Positions 17,798-28,100 of a stretch of 64,000 nucleotides of DNA are shown one piece after another. How positions within the stretch are numbered: the stretch's first letter is position 1; every line of letters begins with the position of its first letter. The stretch is from the NCBI GenBank assembly GCA_014727925.1, contig WJMN01000047.1, positions 41,833 through 105,832 of the forward strand, written 5' to 3'. Position numbers and translations under genes: made by a program. The notes beneath the pieces are model-generated. The model did not search any database and was not told where the DNA came from. It saw only the letters and a program-made list of their open reading frames with translations. The stretch comes from Candidatus Micrarchaeota archaeon (lineage in GTDB: Archaea > Micrarchaeota > Micrarchaeia > Anstonellales > Bilamarchaeaceae).

Positions 17798-19552
17798 ATG
17801 AACAGAAAAGGGTTTTTCTTCATAATCGTGGCGTTCGTCCTTCTTTCCTACATCCTTACATCTACCTATTTCTGGGTGCGGGCAATAGAGATGGAAGAAT
17901 CCAGGTATTCCGAAGCATTCCGCACAAGCTCCATGGAGATGGCGCTTTCCCAGGTAAATGAGGAAAGCGTAGGAGAATATGTGGACATTTCGGCCAGGTA
18001 TGCATTTTACCGCCTAAACCACCATTCTATTGAAAACCCGGTAAGTGTTCCGGGTGGTGTTGATATTGCAAATGAGGATTCCCTGGATGGCTCCGAGCTT
18101 GAGAACGTCCGTCTCGCGATGCGCGAGCTTGTGCTCTCCGGAACAGCACCAGAGGATTATTTTGAAGGGGAACCGCTAGAATATAGCGAAAATGAAAAAC
18201 TGGTCTATTCTCTGGATGGGTGGAAAAATCAGCTGAATGCATCGCTTGCCGCAGCCGGCTTTGAGCTGGTTGAGCTTTCAATAGATGAGGGTTCATTTGA
18301 GTTCAACCAGGTTAACTTCACCCAGTTTGAACTCGTTTTTGAAATGAACATGACCATTGTGGACAGCCAGGCAGGCTCTTCAACTTCCCTCCACCGCACT
18401 TATGATGTGAACCGCACGGTGGATGCAACAGGCATGGTGGATCCCTACATTGCCCGCGAATCCAAAAATCTGGACCTTGAATGGGAAGGAGAGAGCGTGC
18501 TGGTTGGGAAACCGGTATTTATTGCGCCCTACTGGGAAGATGGCTATGAAGCACTCTGCTCAGGAGGGGAAAACGGCCCCTGCTATTACGAGGATGATGG
18601 CTCAGAAGGCCAGGGCTGGTTTTATGGGCCAGTTGTTATGGCTGAGGATGCCTCCACTGTTCCTGAAAATGCAACCGACAATTATATTCTTGCAGGAAAT
18701 TATTCTGCTATAAAAAGCACTCCGGACTGGGATAAGTTCGGCGCATATATACTCACGAGCCCTCCCACCGAAGAGAATTCCGATTGCCCGGGCGAGAATG
18801 ACCAGGATGATACATTCAGCCCTGTTTATTATGATGGGGACTGTGATGCAGAGCTTGATACCGGATCAAACGATTACATCCAGAAGCCCTTCATGGTCTA
18901 TGAAGGGTTTGATATTGGTGATTATGGGGGAGTGGACCTCCAGAGCGGGGACGAGAATGCCCACAAGCTCCTATTTGTTGCAGGGGCAAACCCCTGGGAG
19001 GTAGAAACAGACCCGGAGCTAAAGTTTGAGGGTGTTTCAGTTTACAATATTGAAAATCTTAGGGATTTTGTAATGTGCGGATACTACATGCCGCGCAACA
19101 ACAGCCCCTCCTTTCTCCACCGCATGTTTGACCTGCAGGGAATGTTTAATGACGAGCTCCCTGCCTACGATGGCTGGCCCGAGAGCCCCTGGGGAATTGA
19201 GACCACTGCAGCAGGAAGGTGGGCAGGGGGAAACCTTGTGGCAGATTCCTGGGATGCCTACAGCAGGGTTGATGTTGAGTTCTTTTCAGAGGTGGAGAAT
19301 ACTCCCCAGAACCCGGTGCAGATGATTAAGGGGATGCCCGGGAACAAGAATATTTATATGTGCAACATGGAGTTTGGCTACGACCCGAACCTGGAGCATG
19401 TGGGCCATTTCAGGCTGAGTGACTGGGCCCAGGAAGACAGGGAAGAATACGATGATATTTACTGGATAGAAACTGATGACAGCCCGGATGTACCGGAGAA
19501 CGACAACACAGGTTGTGATAATGATGAGCAGGCAAACTGCGAGCTCGACTAA
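17798..19552 (+). CDS. Large acidic class III signal peptide protein (putative pilus adhesin)
   Basis: MNRKG|FFFIIVAFVLL; about 585 aa, Asp/Glu-rich, multiple Cys. Confidence 0.75.
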   Translation: MNRKGFFFIIVAFVLLSYILTSTYFWVRAIEMEESRYSEAFRTSSMEMALSQVNEESVGEYVDISARYAFYRLNHHSIENPVSVPGGVDIANEDSLDGSELENVRLAMRELVLSGTAPEDYFEGEPLEYSENEKLVYSLDGWKNQLNASLAAAGFELVELSIDEGSFEFNQVNFTQFELVFEMNMTIVDSQAGSSTSLHRTYDVNRTVDATGMVDPYIARESKNLDLEWEGESVLVGKPVFIAPYWEDGYEALCSGGENGPCYYEDDGSEGQGWFYGPVVMAEDASTVPENATDNYILAGNYSAIKSTPDWDKFGAYILTSPPTEENSDCPGENDQDDTFSPVYYDGDCDAELDTGSNDYIQKPFMVYEGFDIGDYGGVDLQSGDENAHKLLFVAGANPWEVETDPELKFEGVSVYNIENLRDFVMCGYYMPRNNSPSFLHRMFDLQGMFNDELPAYDGWPESPWGIETTAAGRWAGGNLVADSWDAYSRVDVEFFSEVENTPQNPVQMIKGMPGNKNIYMCNMEFGYDPNLEHVGHFRLSDWAQEDREEYDDIYWIETDDSPDVPENDNTGCDNDEQANCELD

Positions 19553-19988
19553 GAAAGGGCAGGCGGCCACTGAAACAATGGTCACCCTTGGAATGATCCT
19601 TGTTTTCGTGATACCCATACTGCTCCTGCTGCTCGTTGGCGCACAGGCCAGGTTTGAGTCTCTCTCCCATATTCAGGGTGGTTCAGTTATCAGGATAGTT
19701 TCTGATTCCATAAATGAGGTATATATAGAAGGCCCGGGCGCTTCAAAAACAGTTGTGGTTAATTTCCCAAGCAACGCCCGCTATCTCAACGTAACTGAGG
19801 ATGAGGTGGTGATGGGGCTGGATACCCGGAGCGGCCCAACAGATATAGTTTCCCCGTTTTTTGGTGAGCTCAACCAGAGCTCCAGGGGCCTGGTTGCACT
19901 TCCTTCAGGGGATGCACCTTCCGGGCTTTATCCAATAAAGTTTTATGCAGACAGCAGTGGAAATGTGGTGGTTGAGCATGGCGGGTAG
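19521..19988 (+). CDS. Class III signal peptide (pilin-like) protein
   Basis: KKG|QAATETMVTLGMILV (Q+1, E+5); SINEVYIEGPGASKTV. Confidence 0.8.
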   Translation: MMSRQTASSTKKGQAATETMVTLGMILVFVIPILLLLLVGAQARFESLSHIQGGSVIRIVSDSINEVYIEGPGASKTVVVNFPSNARYLNVTEDEVVMGLDTRSGPTDIVSPFFGELNQSSRGLVALPSGDAPSGLYPIKFYADSSGNVVVEHGG

Positions 19989-20523
19989 CAGAAAAGGCCA
20001 GATTGCAATTGAGTTCCTGATGTATTCAGGGCTTTTCCTGATAATTGCAATCGGCGCATATGTCCTTACTTCTTTTACAGAAAGAGGGGAGGTAAGCCTC
20101 AGGGAATCACAGCTGCTTGATGCATTCGGCTACAAGTTCGCTTCTGCGCCCACAATTGCCTACAAAGGAGGCGAGGGATTTACCTATGATATCTCTTTTG
20201 CAAAAAAGCTTGACAACCGCCCCTACAATGTTACCTATGCCTGCACAGGAGGCGACTCCAGGAGCTGCTATGTGCAGATTGCCTGGAGGGGCACTTACCA
20301 GGAATTCACCTACCCCTACGTGATTGCACCTGCCTTGTACAAGAAAGGGGAAGGTGCAGGGGATTCAGCTTGCATTGAGGATATAAGCTCAAGCAGCTCT
20401 GTTGACCTTGCTCTCAGGGTGGATTCTGAGTATTCAGATGGGCACCTTATATTCCGCAACACGGGAATCAAGCCAGGAGACGAATATCCCACAGTTGAAC
20501 TATATTGCGAGGTGGATGAGTAA
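19978..20523 (+). CDS. Class III signal peptide (pilin-like) protein
   Basis: RKG|QIAIEFLMYSGLFL (Q+1, E+5). Confidence 0.8.
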   Translation: MAGSRKGQIAIEFLMYSGLFLIIAIGAYVLTSFTERGEVSLRESQLLDAFGYKFASAPTIAYKGGEGFTYDISFAKKLDNRPYNVTYACTGGDSRSCYVQIAWRGTYQEFTYPYVIAPALYKKGEGAGDSACIEDISSSSSVDLALRVDSEYSDGHLIFRNTGIKPGDEYPTVELYCEVDE

Positions 20524-20981
20524 TGAAGGGCCAGTATTTCAGTTTTGATGCAATAATCGGCGCATCCATATTCATCCTCACCCTTGTTGCAATCTTTTCT
20601 TACTGGTATGGGGTGAGCAATTCAATTGAGCAGCAGCAGTCAGCCCTTGCAACAGAGGCAATCCGCATAGCGGATATCCTTTATTCACCAACCGAAGTCC
20701 CTTATGGGGTAACTGTAAACTGGAGCAACAAGCACCTATATGTTCCCAAAGTGGAAGCTCTCTGTGATGAAGAGGCCCCTCCCTCAGATGTGCTGGGCTC
20801 TGAGTATGCGGTTTCAATTGATTTCAACACCCGTGGGGACAATATTTGTACCTGGGGAGAACAGTCCATAAATTCAAATGAGATTTACAGGATGCGCAGG
20901 GCAGGTTCTTACTTAGATGAAGATGGCACAACCAGACTGGGCTATGTGGATATCTTTGTTTATAACCCCTATTCAAACTAA
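20523..20981 (+). CDS. Class III signal peptide (pilin-like) protein
   Basis: MKG|QYFSFDAIIGASIF; TAATG overlap with the previous gene. Confidence 0.8.
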   Translation: MKGQYFSFDAIIGASIFILTLVAIFSYWYGVSNSIEQQQSALATEAIRIADILYSPTEVPYGVTVNWSNKHLYVPKVEALCDEEAPPSDVLGSEYAVSIDFNTRGDNICTWGEQSINSNEIYRMRRAGSYLDEDGTTRLGYVDIFVYNPYSN

Positions 20982-22285
20982 ACAGGCTCTCCAAACAGGC
21001 TCCCATGGTTATATCCAATTATTTTTGCCTTTACCCATTCTCCGATTTTTACATCAGAATCTATGCATACCTGCTTGTAATTGCCCATTCTGCCTGTAGG
21101 TGTTTTCTGCATCTCGGTTATGAGCACGTCCACTGTTTTCCCGAGGTAGCCGGAGTTCCGCCTTTCTCCAAGAATGTGGACCAGCCTGCTCATCTCGGTG
21201 CTCCTCCCCTTTATTTCAGCAGTATCTATTTTTTTCATCCTGCTTGCTTCTGTTCCCCTCCTGGAGGAGAATTTTGAAATGTTCACTATGTCCGGCTCCA
21301 CTCTTTCCAGCAGTTTTTTGCTCTGCTCAAAGTCTTCTACTGTTTCAGTAGGGTAGCCCACAATAATGTCTGTGGATATTGTTGCATCCGGAAACCCTTC
21401 CCTTACTGCGGACACAACTTCTTCAAAATCCTTTACGCTGTGCGCACGGTTCATGCTTTCCCGCACTCTCTCGCTCCCGGTCTGCACAGGAACATGGAGG
21501 AACCTGTAAAATTTCGGGTGCTCCATTATTTCCAGCAGTTCAGGCAGGAATCTTTTTGCATGGCCGGGATTTACCATCCCCAGCCTTATTCTGAAGTCCC
21601 CTTCCACCTCCAGCATTTCTCTAAGGAGTTCAGGCAGCCCTGAACCGATGTCCAGCCCATAAGCTCCGGTGTCCTGCCCGGTTACCTGTATCTCTCTTGC
21701 GCCTTGTTCAACCCCCACCTCAACCCATCTTTTTATAGTCGTTGGGCTCCTGCTGCTCAGTCTCGGCCTGGCTATCTTTGTCTGGCAGAAGCTGCAGTTT
21801 CCCACACACCCATCCTGCGCCGGAATCCTCAGTATTGGCGCAGTGTATTTCCTGGGAAGCAGGCCCTTGTTTTCACCCCCCTCAAAAATTTTATTTTCCC
21901 CCCTTTTTGCGCATTCCACTGCTTCCACTATGCTCGAGAGGGCGTCGGGCATTATTATTGGCGCGTTTGGGCAGGCCCTTGCCACCCTTTTCCTGTTCGG
22001 GCCCATTCCCAGGCATCCTGCAACAACAAGTTTCTTTCCCTCCCCGTGCAGCTGTGAAAGCCGGTAGATGATTTTGTTTTCTGTTGTTTCCTTTACTGCG
22101 CAGGTATTCAGAATAAAAATGTCTGCGTCCGGGAGTGGGGAAGAGTTCGTGCTTTTCCCCCCGCCTCCCGGAATGCCCATATCCTTGAGTACTCGGTAGC
22201 CCGCCTCCTCCAGGATCCCCTCTATTATATCACTGTCCCCGTGGTTTAGCGTGCATCCGTAGGTTTCAATCCAGACTGTTTCCAT
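20978..22285 (-). CDS. tRNA methylthiotransferase, archaeal MiaB-like (MtaB/e-MtaB) radical SAM enzyme
   Basis: TYGCTLN, NTCAV, AGCL (UPF0004 Cys); CVGNCSFC (CX3CX2C); GQDTGAYG; C-terminal TRAM domain. Confidence 0.9.
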   Translation of the reverse strand: METVWIETYGCTLNHGDSDIIEGILEEAGYRVLKDMGIPGGGGKSTNSSPLPDADIFILNTCAVKETTENKIIYRLSQLHGEGKKLVVAGCLGMGPNRKRVARACPNAPIIMPDALSSIVEAVECAKRGENKIFEGGENKGLLPRKYTAPILRIPAQDGCVGNCSFCQTKIARPRLSSRSPTTIKRWVEVGVEQGAREIQVTGQDTGAYGLDIGSGLPELLREMLEVEGDFRIRLGMVNPGHAKRFLPELLEIMEHPKFYRFLHVPVQTGSERVRESMNRAHSVKDFEEVVSAVREGFPDATISTDIIVGYPTETVEDFEQSKKLLERVEPDIVNISKFSSRRGTEASRMKKIDTAEIKGRSTEMSRLVHILGERRNSGYLGKTVDVLITEMQKTPTGRMGNYKQVCIDSDVKIGEWVKAKIIGYNHGSLFGEPV

Positions 22286-22295
22286 CACGCTCACA

Positions 22296-23720
22296 CTACT
22301 TCTTGGAAGAGGGAATTACCAGCTCAAGCTTGGTGGGCTTTTTGCTTACGTTCCCCATTTTTCCTCCCACAAGGACTTTCACTCCCTTGCTTTCTGCAAG
22401 GTCAACCAGCCTCTGGGTTACAATTCCGTCAAAGACGATGGCATGGATTCCCTTAAATTCTTCTAGGGATTTTATCACTTCCCTCACCGGAAGCTCCTTC
22501 ATCATATTGTAATCCTCATCATAGAATCTTGCCTTGAGGGTTTTGGAAAGCTCCTTGAGCTCGTTTTCCAGCTCCTCCTTGGAAAGCTTCTTTTTTTCCT
22601 GCACAGAGGATGCGGCTGCCTCCTTTTCTCCTGTTTTTTCCTCAATCTTCCTCTCCTCTCCTTTCTCTTTTTCCCTGGAAGGTGTTGCTTCATCTTTTCC
22701 CCGTTTTTCCTCTCCTTCTTTGACCGAAGCCTTCATTTTTGCAGCCTCCCTCTCAACTTTTTCAAGGATACTCTCCCTCCTCTTCCTTCTTCCTCCTCCG
22801 GAGGAGAGGCGCTCACTCGGCTGGGGCTGCTGCGGCGCTTTTTGCTCAGGCACATTCATTACAGTATTCCTGTGCGAGGGGATTGGCGAAGAGCCCTTTG
22901 CTTCCTGTTCAAAAGGAACCTTGTTTTTCAGGCATTTCATCACTTCCTTTCTTGTAAGCTCTTCTACTTCCTTTCCTGCAGGCGCCCTTGCAAGGAAGTC
23001 TATGTCTGCACCCGCATTTATCAGCTCACGCAGTATCATGTCTCCTCCGCGGTCGCCATCAAGGAATACCGTAGTTTCCTTTTCCTTTGTGAGCTTTTCT
23101 ATTGTCGGTGGCACTTTTGCCCCCCCTATCCCTACTACGCTGGAGAGGTCTTTCTTCAGGAGGTTTACCACATCTGCCCTTCCTTCAACAAGGATTATCT
23201 CCTCTGCCCTGGATATTCCCGGGCCTGCAGGGAGCCTGTCTTTTCCGTAGGTAGTTATTTCTGCTGCCTTCACTTCTTCCCGCACCATATCCGAGATTTC
23301 CTGGCTTTCGGGAAGCTCAGTGTTTATGAGGTGCCTGAGCAGCCCTTTTGAGCGGGTTATCAGCTGGTCCCGCTTTATGTTGCGGGTATCCTCTATGTTG
23401 CTCGTTTTGATGTTTGCCTCACAGGGCCCAACCCTTTCTACTGTTTCAATCGCTGCTGCAATTATGCAGGTTTCAACCATATCCAGTGAGCTGGGGATTT
23501 TTATTACTCCCCTGGTCTTTCCGCCTTTTGGCTTCAGGTCAACTTCTATTCTCCCTATTCTCCCATTTTTCTGGAGGTCCCTCAGGTCAAGTTCTTCTCC
23601 GAGGAGGCCCTCCGTCTGCCCGAATATTGCTCCCACAACATCTGGCTTATCCACTATTCCATCAACATTTACGTCTGCATAAATGAGGTATTTTACTGTA
23701 TCTATGTATGTTTTTGCCAT
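22296..23720 (-). CDS. dnaG: Archaeal DnaG-like primase (exosome-associated)
   Basis: DVVGAIFGQTEGLLG, GRIGRI, TOPRIM VEGRADV and DGDRGG; C-terminal DGIVTQRLVD. Confidence 0.95.
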   Translation of the reverse strand: MAKTYIDTVKYLIYADVNVDGIVDKPDVVGAIFGQTEGLLGEELDLRDLQKNGRIGRIEVDLKPKGGKTRGVIKIPSSLDMVETCIIAAAIETVERVGPCEANIKTSNIEDTRNIKRDQLITRSKGLLRHLINTELPESQEISDMVREEVKAAEITTYGKDRLPAGPGISRAEEIILVEGRADVVNLLKKDLSSVVGIGGAKVPPTIEKLTKEKETTVFLDGDRGGDMILRELINAGADIDFLARAPAGKEVEELTRKEVMKCLKNKVPFEQEAKGSSPIPSHRNTVMNVPEQKAPQQPQPSERLSSGGGRRKRRESILEKVEREAAKMKASVKEGEEKRGKDEATPSREKEKGEERKIEEKTGEKEAAASSVQEKKKLSKEELENELKELSKTLKARFYDEDYNMMKELPVREVIKSLEEFKGIHAIVFDGIVTQRLVDLAESKGVKVLVGGKMGNVSKKPTKLELVIPSSKK

Positions 23721-23729
23721 AATATTCAC

Positions 23730-24164
23730 CTAATTTTCTTTTAATTCTTCTAATTTTTCCGTATATTTTTTTCCAAAGTTTTCAATGTGCGTAAGCCGGA
23801 GTATTGCCATCAGCCGCTTTCTTGTTTCAAGGTCTGCCTTTATGCTGTTTGCCTCAAGCTCCCCCTTAGTAATCACTGCCAGTTCCTCACCCGCACTGTC
23901 CCTGTCCATTAATACTATTGCTTCTCCCCCTGCCTTTCCTCTGCAGTTGCTGAATATTTCTGAAGCCCTCCTGCAGGCGGTTTCCAGCCTGCCTGCTGCC
24001 TTCAGGATTTTCCCTGATTCCATGTAGGGCTCCAGCGCCCTCTCGTCCTTTTTGCCCTCCACCAGGACAACAGAGTCCCGGAGCCTTTCCATTAGCTTAT
24101 TAAGCTCCTTTTCCTGTGCCTGCTTTTCTGAGTGCGTCAAGGACCTCTTTTTCTTTTCCCTCAA
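23730..24164 (-). CDS. Stand-alone TOPRIM-domain protein (UPF0292-like)
   Basis: VLVEGKKDERAL and VLMDRDSAGEEL; start uncertain. Confidence 0.8.
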   Translation of the reverse strand: MREKKKRSLTHSEKQAQEKELNKLMERLRDSVVLVEGKKDERALEPYMESGKILKAAGRLETACRRASEIFSNCRGKAGGEAIVLMDRDSAGEELAVITKGELEANSIKADLETRKRLMAILRLTHIENFGKKYTEKLEELKEN

Positions 24165-24363
24165 TCTCCAGCACCTTCTTTCTTGCCGTTGCCCCGGAAA
24201 TGAGCCGGACCCCCTTTCCCAGGAGTTTTTCCAGCCCCTTTATTACTGCAGCATTTGCCTTGTTTCCCTCTGCCTTCTCTTTCACGTATATTTTCCATCC
24301 GCCGCTGTTGCTGCTTATCCTGAATTTTCCGGCATTTGGCACCACTCTTACGCATATTTTCAT
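24100..24363 (-). CDS. DUF167 (YggU/UPF0235) family protein
   Basis: VRVVPNA, AEGNKANAAVIK, ISGATARKK. Confidence 0.85.
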   Translation of the reverse strand: MKICVRVVPNAGKFRISSNSGGWKIYVKEKAEGNKANAAVIKGLEKLLGKGVRLISGATARKKVLEIEGKEKEVLDALRKAGTGKGA

Positions 24364-24367
24364 ATCT

Positions 24368-24538
24368 TCACGTGCTGAGGGTTCGGAGAAGCTGCCGCTG
24401 CAAAATGAGTAGGAGTATGAGCTGTGCACTGTTGACGCAACGGTCATCGCTTGAAGCTACCGCGGCCATCCTGTGCACAGCGTGAGCATATTGCATCCGC
24501 CGCCCCTTCAAAACCAAAACAGGGCAGCTGGCTGCCAT
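24368..24538 (-). other. Intergenic element: 56-codon ORF and/or nested-stem structured RNA
   Basis: ORF MAASCPVLV...RTLST fills the gap exactly; inverted repeats 24421-24429/24473-24481 and 24390-24400/24520-24529. Confidence 0.3.
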
Positions 24539-24543
24539 TCTTT

Positions 24544-24972
24544 TCAAACCAGGCCTGCTTCGGCCCTTTCTTCTAGCAGGTCAACAATTGAGGGGAAAAC
24601 ACCCATTATGTCCCCCTCGCTTATCATTCCCACCAACCGGTTGTCTTCACCAACCACGGGAAATCTCTTGAGCCCGTGTTTCCGCATCATGCTTGCAGCC
24701 TCTTCAAGTTTTGTCGCGGGCCGCACAACCTTGAGCGGTGAACTCATTACTTTTTCCGCATTGATTTTTGAAGCATCTGCACCCTCTGCCACGATTTTAT
24801 GTATTATGTCTTTCTCGGTGATAATCCCTTCGGCTTTCTCGTTTTTTGCAACCACTATGGAACCAACATCGTGGGACTTCATGAGCTTTGCAACTTCAGT
24901 AACAGGTGCTGTTTCTTCTATGGAAATAACATCTTTTTTCATTATGTCTCCTACTCGTATTTCCGAACCCAT
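24544..24972 (-). CDS. CBS-domain pair protein
   Basis: VGDIMKKDV, GIITEKDI, KVMSSPL, VGMISEGDI. Confidence 0.92.
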   Translation of the reverse strand: MGSEIRVGDIMKKDVISIEETAPVTEVAKLMKSHDVGSIVVAKNEKAEGIITEKDIIHKIVAEGADASKINAEKVMSSPLKVVRPATKLEEAASMMRKHGLKRFPVVGEDNRLVGMISEGDIMGVFPSIVDLLEERAEAGLV

Positions 24973-25148
24973 GCTGTTTTTATTGCTGGAAAGGTTTTAA
25001 AACCAAAACCTCTCTGCTGTTTTCTATGGTAATTTATGTGCATAAAGCCTTTTAAATCCTCCATTTCCCTCATACTCCCACATCTTCTCCCACCTCGCCC
25101 ACCACACCAAGGAAATGTTTATAATGCTTATTTTAATTATTACTCCTA

Positions 25149-28100
25149 ATGTCTTCCCATTCAAAAAAAGGTTCCTTCAGCTTCAGGCGTTTTGATGAGC
25201 TGACGGTCCTGCTTGCAGTTTTCTTTTTCATCTTTGGATGCATAATCATCCCGGAGCCACCTATACCTGTGGAGCTCAACAAGTTCTCTGACCTCTCTAC
25301 AAGCAAGGAGCTGCAATTTGAGTCCCCCCCGGAGTCCCAGAGTTTCCACCTCAATATCTCCAGATACGCCACAGTGGGAAATTCTTCCATTCCTGCAGAG
25401 GGCAATCCAGGCGTAGTGCAGAATTTCAGCATGCGCATCTGCCCGATTGAGCATATGGGCTCCAATGTATCTAACCTGACTATGCACTGGCCCGGGGGAG
25501 AATCCTACATGTTTTACCCCGGAACCCTGGATTCCTGCGAGGAGGTTTCAATAAACGCATCAGGATTCAATAGCTATCTTTCTGTGCACCAGGCGCCCAC
25601 CATAACAGGGATGCTTTCAAAAATATCTTCGGGTGAGAATGTTTCAATGGAATGGGGAATAAGCATGAAGAACCCCAAGATGAAGGATGTGGATGACCCG
25701 GTAACATATCAATTTATGATAATAGAGCCATCTATTCCCGAGAATTTGATTGAGCAGCTGATTGCAGCTACCGGGACCGCACTTCCACCAGGGTTTGACC
25801 TGCTCACCGATGCCCGCCTTTCAGGAGTGTCCTATACATGCTATGGCTGGGATCAGGTTAGGGAGACCACTTCCCCTTCAGCAGCATACCCTATACAGGT
25901 TTCAGTTCCGGGAATGAACCTGAGTGCGCTTATACCCGACCTTACAATTCCCAATGGGACGGTTGTGATGAATGCTTCTGTTTTTGAGATGGACTGCCCT
26001 GCATACGGCACCCCGGGAAAATACCGCTCAGAAGTCCGCAGGCTCCAGTTGAATCTGAACAATTATACAGGCCCTGTGCCCAGCGCTTCATTTTCAGATG
26101 ATTTTAACAGCCCTTCTCTGAACCCTGCATGGGTATTTGAATATGCGGGAACCCCTTCTGTCCTCGGATGGTATGTTGACAACAGCACACAGAGCACAGT
26201 TGAGCTTTATTCAGAAGGCAACGCTTCTGGCTCATCTGCATATTATTACCGCAACCACACCATTGATTCCAGCGGAGGTGCATTTGTGCTTGAAGCAAAT
26301 ATCTCCACTGCAGGAGAACCGCCAATAAATATGTCCATGCCACTCCCAGAGGGCGCAGGAATGGTTGCATTCACAACCAACCATTCTTACCCTGGCCCCA
26401 TGGCATCCGCAGGCACCCAGCTACGCAGCTTCATAGCCTTTGGAAATAATGCAACTCTCATCGGGTGCCCGGATGGGACCAGGGCATCCATTATCCCCAC
26501 TTCTTCAGGCTACCACACGTTCAGGATAAACATCACAAATGACACTGCAACATATGCTGTGGATGGTGCGCAGGTTTTCCAATGCACAAACCATACCTCC
26601 GCGGAACTCTACCCAATGTTTTCATCTGATTTCCTCACTGATGGGTTTATGGGCAATATTTCAGTTGACTGGATAAACATAACAGCTTACTCTGGCGGCC
26701 CTGGCACATGGTCTGAGGAATGGTCTGAATTTGACCATTTTGATTCCCCACTGGATACTGGCAAGTGGCTTATGCGCAATGTATCTGTGCCTAAACAGAT
26801 ACCATATTATTCCTACCAGCCGTCCCTGAGCAAAATTGACCTCTACTCATACAATACAGATGAAAACGATAACAGCACAGGCATATTAATGTACTATAAT
26901 GAGTCCTTTGCCCCGCCCACAAGCAACGAATCAGGAATTTATTTTACCACATCAGTTTATTTTAATGAATCAAACCCTGCTGCAGCCCCAGGATTCATGT
27001 TTATGAATGATACTGTGTCTCCTGCCGGATTCAGTGAACTGGAAGACAATTACCGGGGAGGGATAATCTACTCAAATGGCTATATTGTGCTGACCTGCCC
27101 CAACACCTCAAAAACTTATGCTGCCAACCTTAGCCAGCTCTCCTACATTATGGGCTGGGGAGAACCCACCGGATGGCACCAGCTGGGTTACTATTCCACG
27201 AATGATACTACTGCATTCTTTTATGATGATATGCCCATGCCCCTGAATTGTTCCCCACATAATGAAAGCGTTTATATTGCTATCACATCTGACCCCACAA
27301 CAGATCTCACAGAAGGCAATGGTTCAGTGCGCTGGTTTGAGGCATACAGTGTTGAATACGAAGAAAACTATTATGGGGAGAAGTGGTTTGATCTTGGTCT
27401 CCTCTCATATATGGGATACATAAACAGGAGCATGTATTCTGATGTTATTGTTTTTGATGCGGACTCAGAAGGCAATTATTATGACAGGGAATTTGAGTTT
27501 GAAGTCACCTCAGATACGCCCGGCCGCCTCCAGATGGATGCCCTCAATATAACATATGGTTCCTTGATTTCATATGGCCCGGGGGGCACAGCACCCACAA
27601 CCACACTGGACCCGGATTCGGATTTCTCCTGGTTTGCGATAAACTCTGAAATAGATAATTCCCACATGCGCCTAAATTCCTTTGCCTACAACTCTACCCT
27701 TACTGATTCTGAGCTTATAATGGCAAGGGCAGACTGCGTGAATATTACAGATTCCAGGCTCCTGTTCTCTGGTGCAGTTTACAATACAGAAGAGAAGCAC
27801 CTAGGTGAGCTGGGGGGGCTACTCGAAGACCTGAACATGACTTCCTGTGATGGAGTAGTAGAAAATTCCGAACTGGAATTTGTTTTCCTTATAGGCGGGA
27901 ATGCATTCAATTCTGAACTCAAGACGCTTCCCGCCATAATTGCAACTGATTTCTATGATGCAACGATGGACAACCTCACCCTTTACAGGGGCAGGATGGT
28001 GATAAACGGGACCCGTGCCCCGGACATGTTCCAGGATGAGCTTGACCTGGGAGATTTTATGGGAATCGGGCTTTCAACCTTTGAGGACAACACCACCCTT

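Noticed and set aside
22534-23250. 238-aa Ser/Phe-rich plus-strand ORF
   Set aside because: Antisense shadow of the Lys/Glu-rich part of dnaG.
24368-24538. RNase P RNA, SRP RNA, 5S rRNA or tRNA
   Set aside because: No GAGGAAAGUCC/ACAGAA P4 signature, no SRP helix 8 motif and no T-loop/cloverleaf consensus seen; kept only as an unclassified element.
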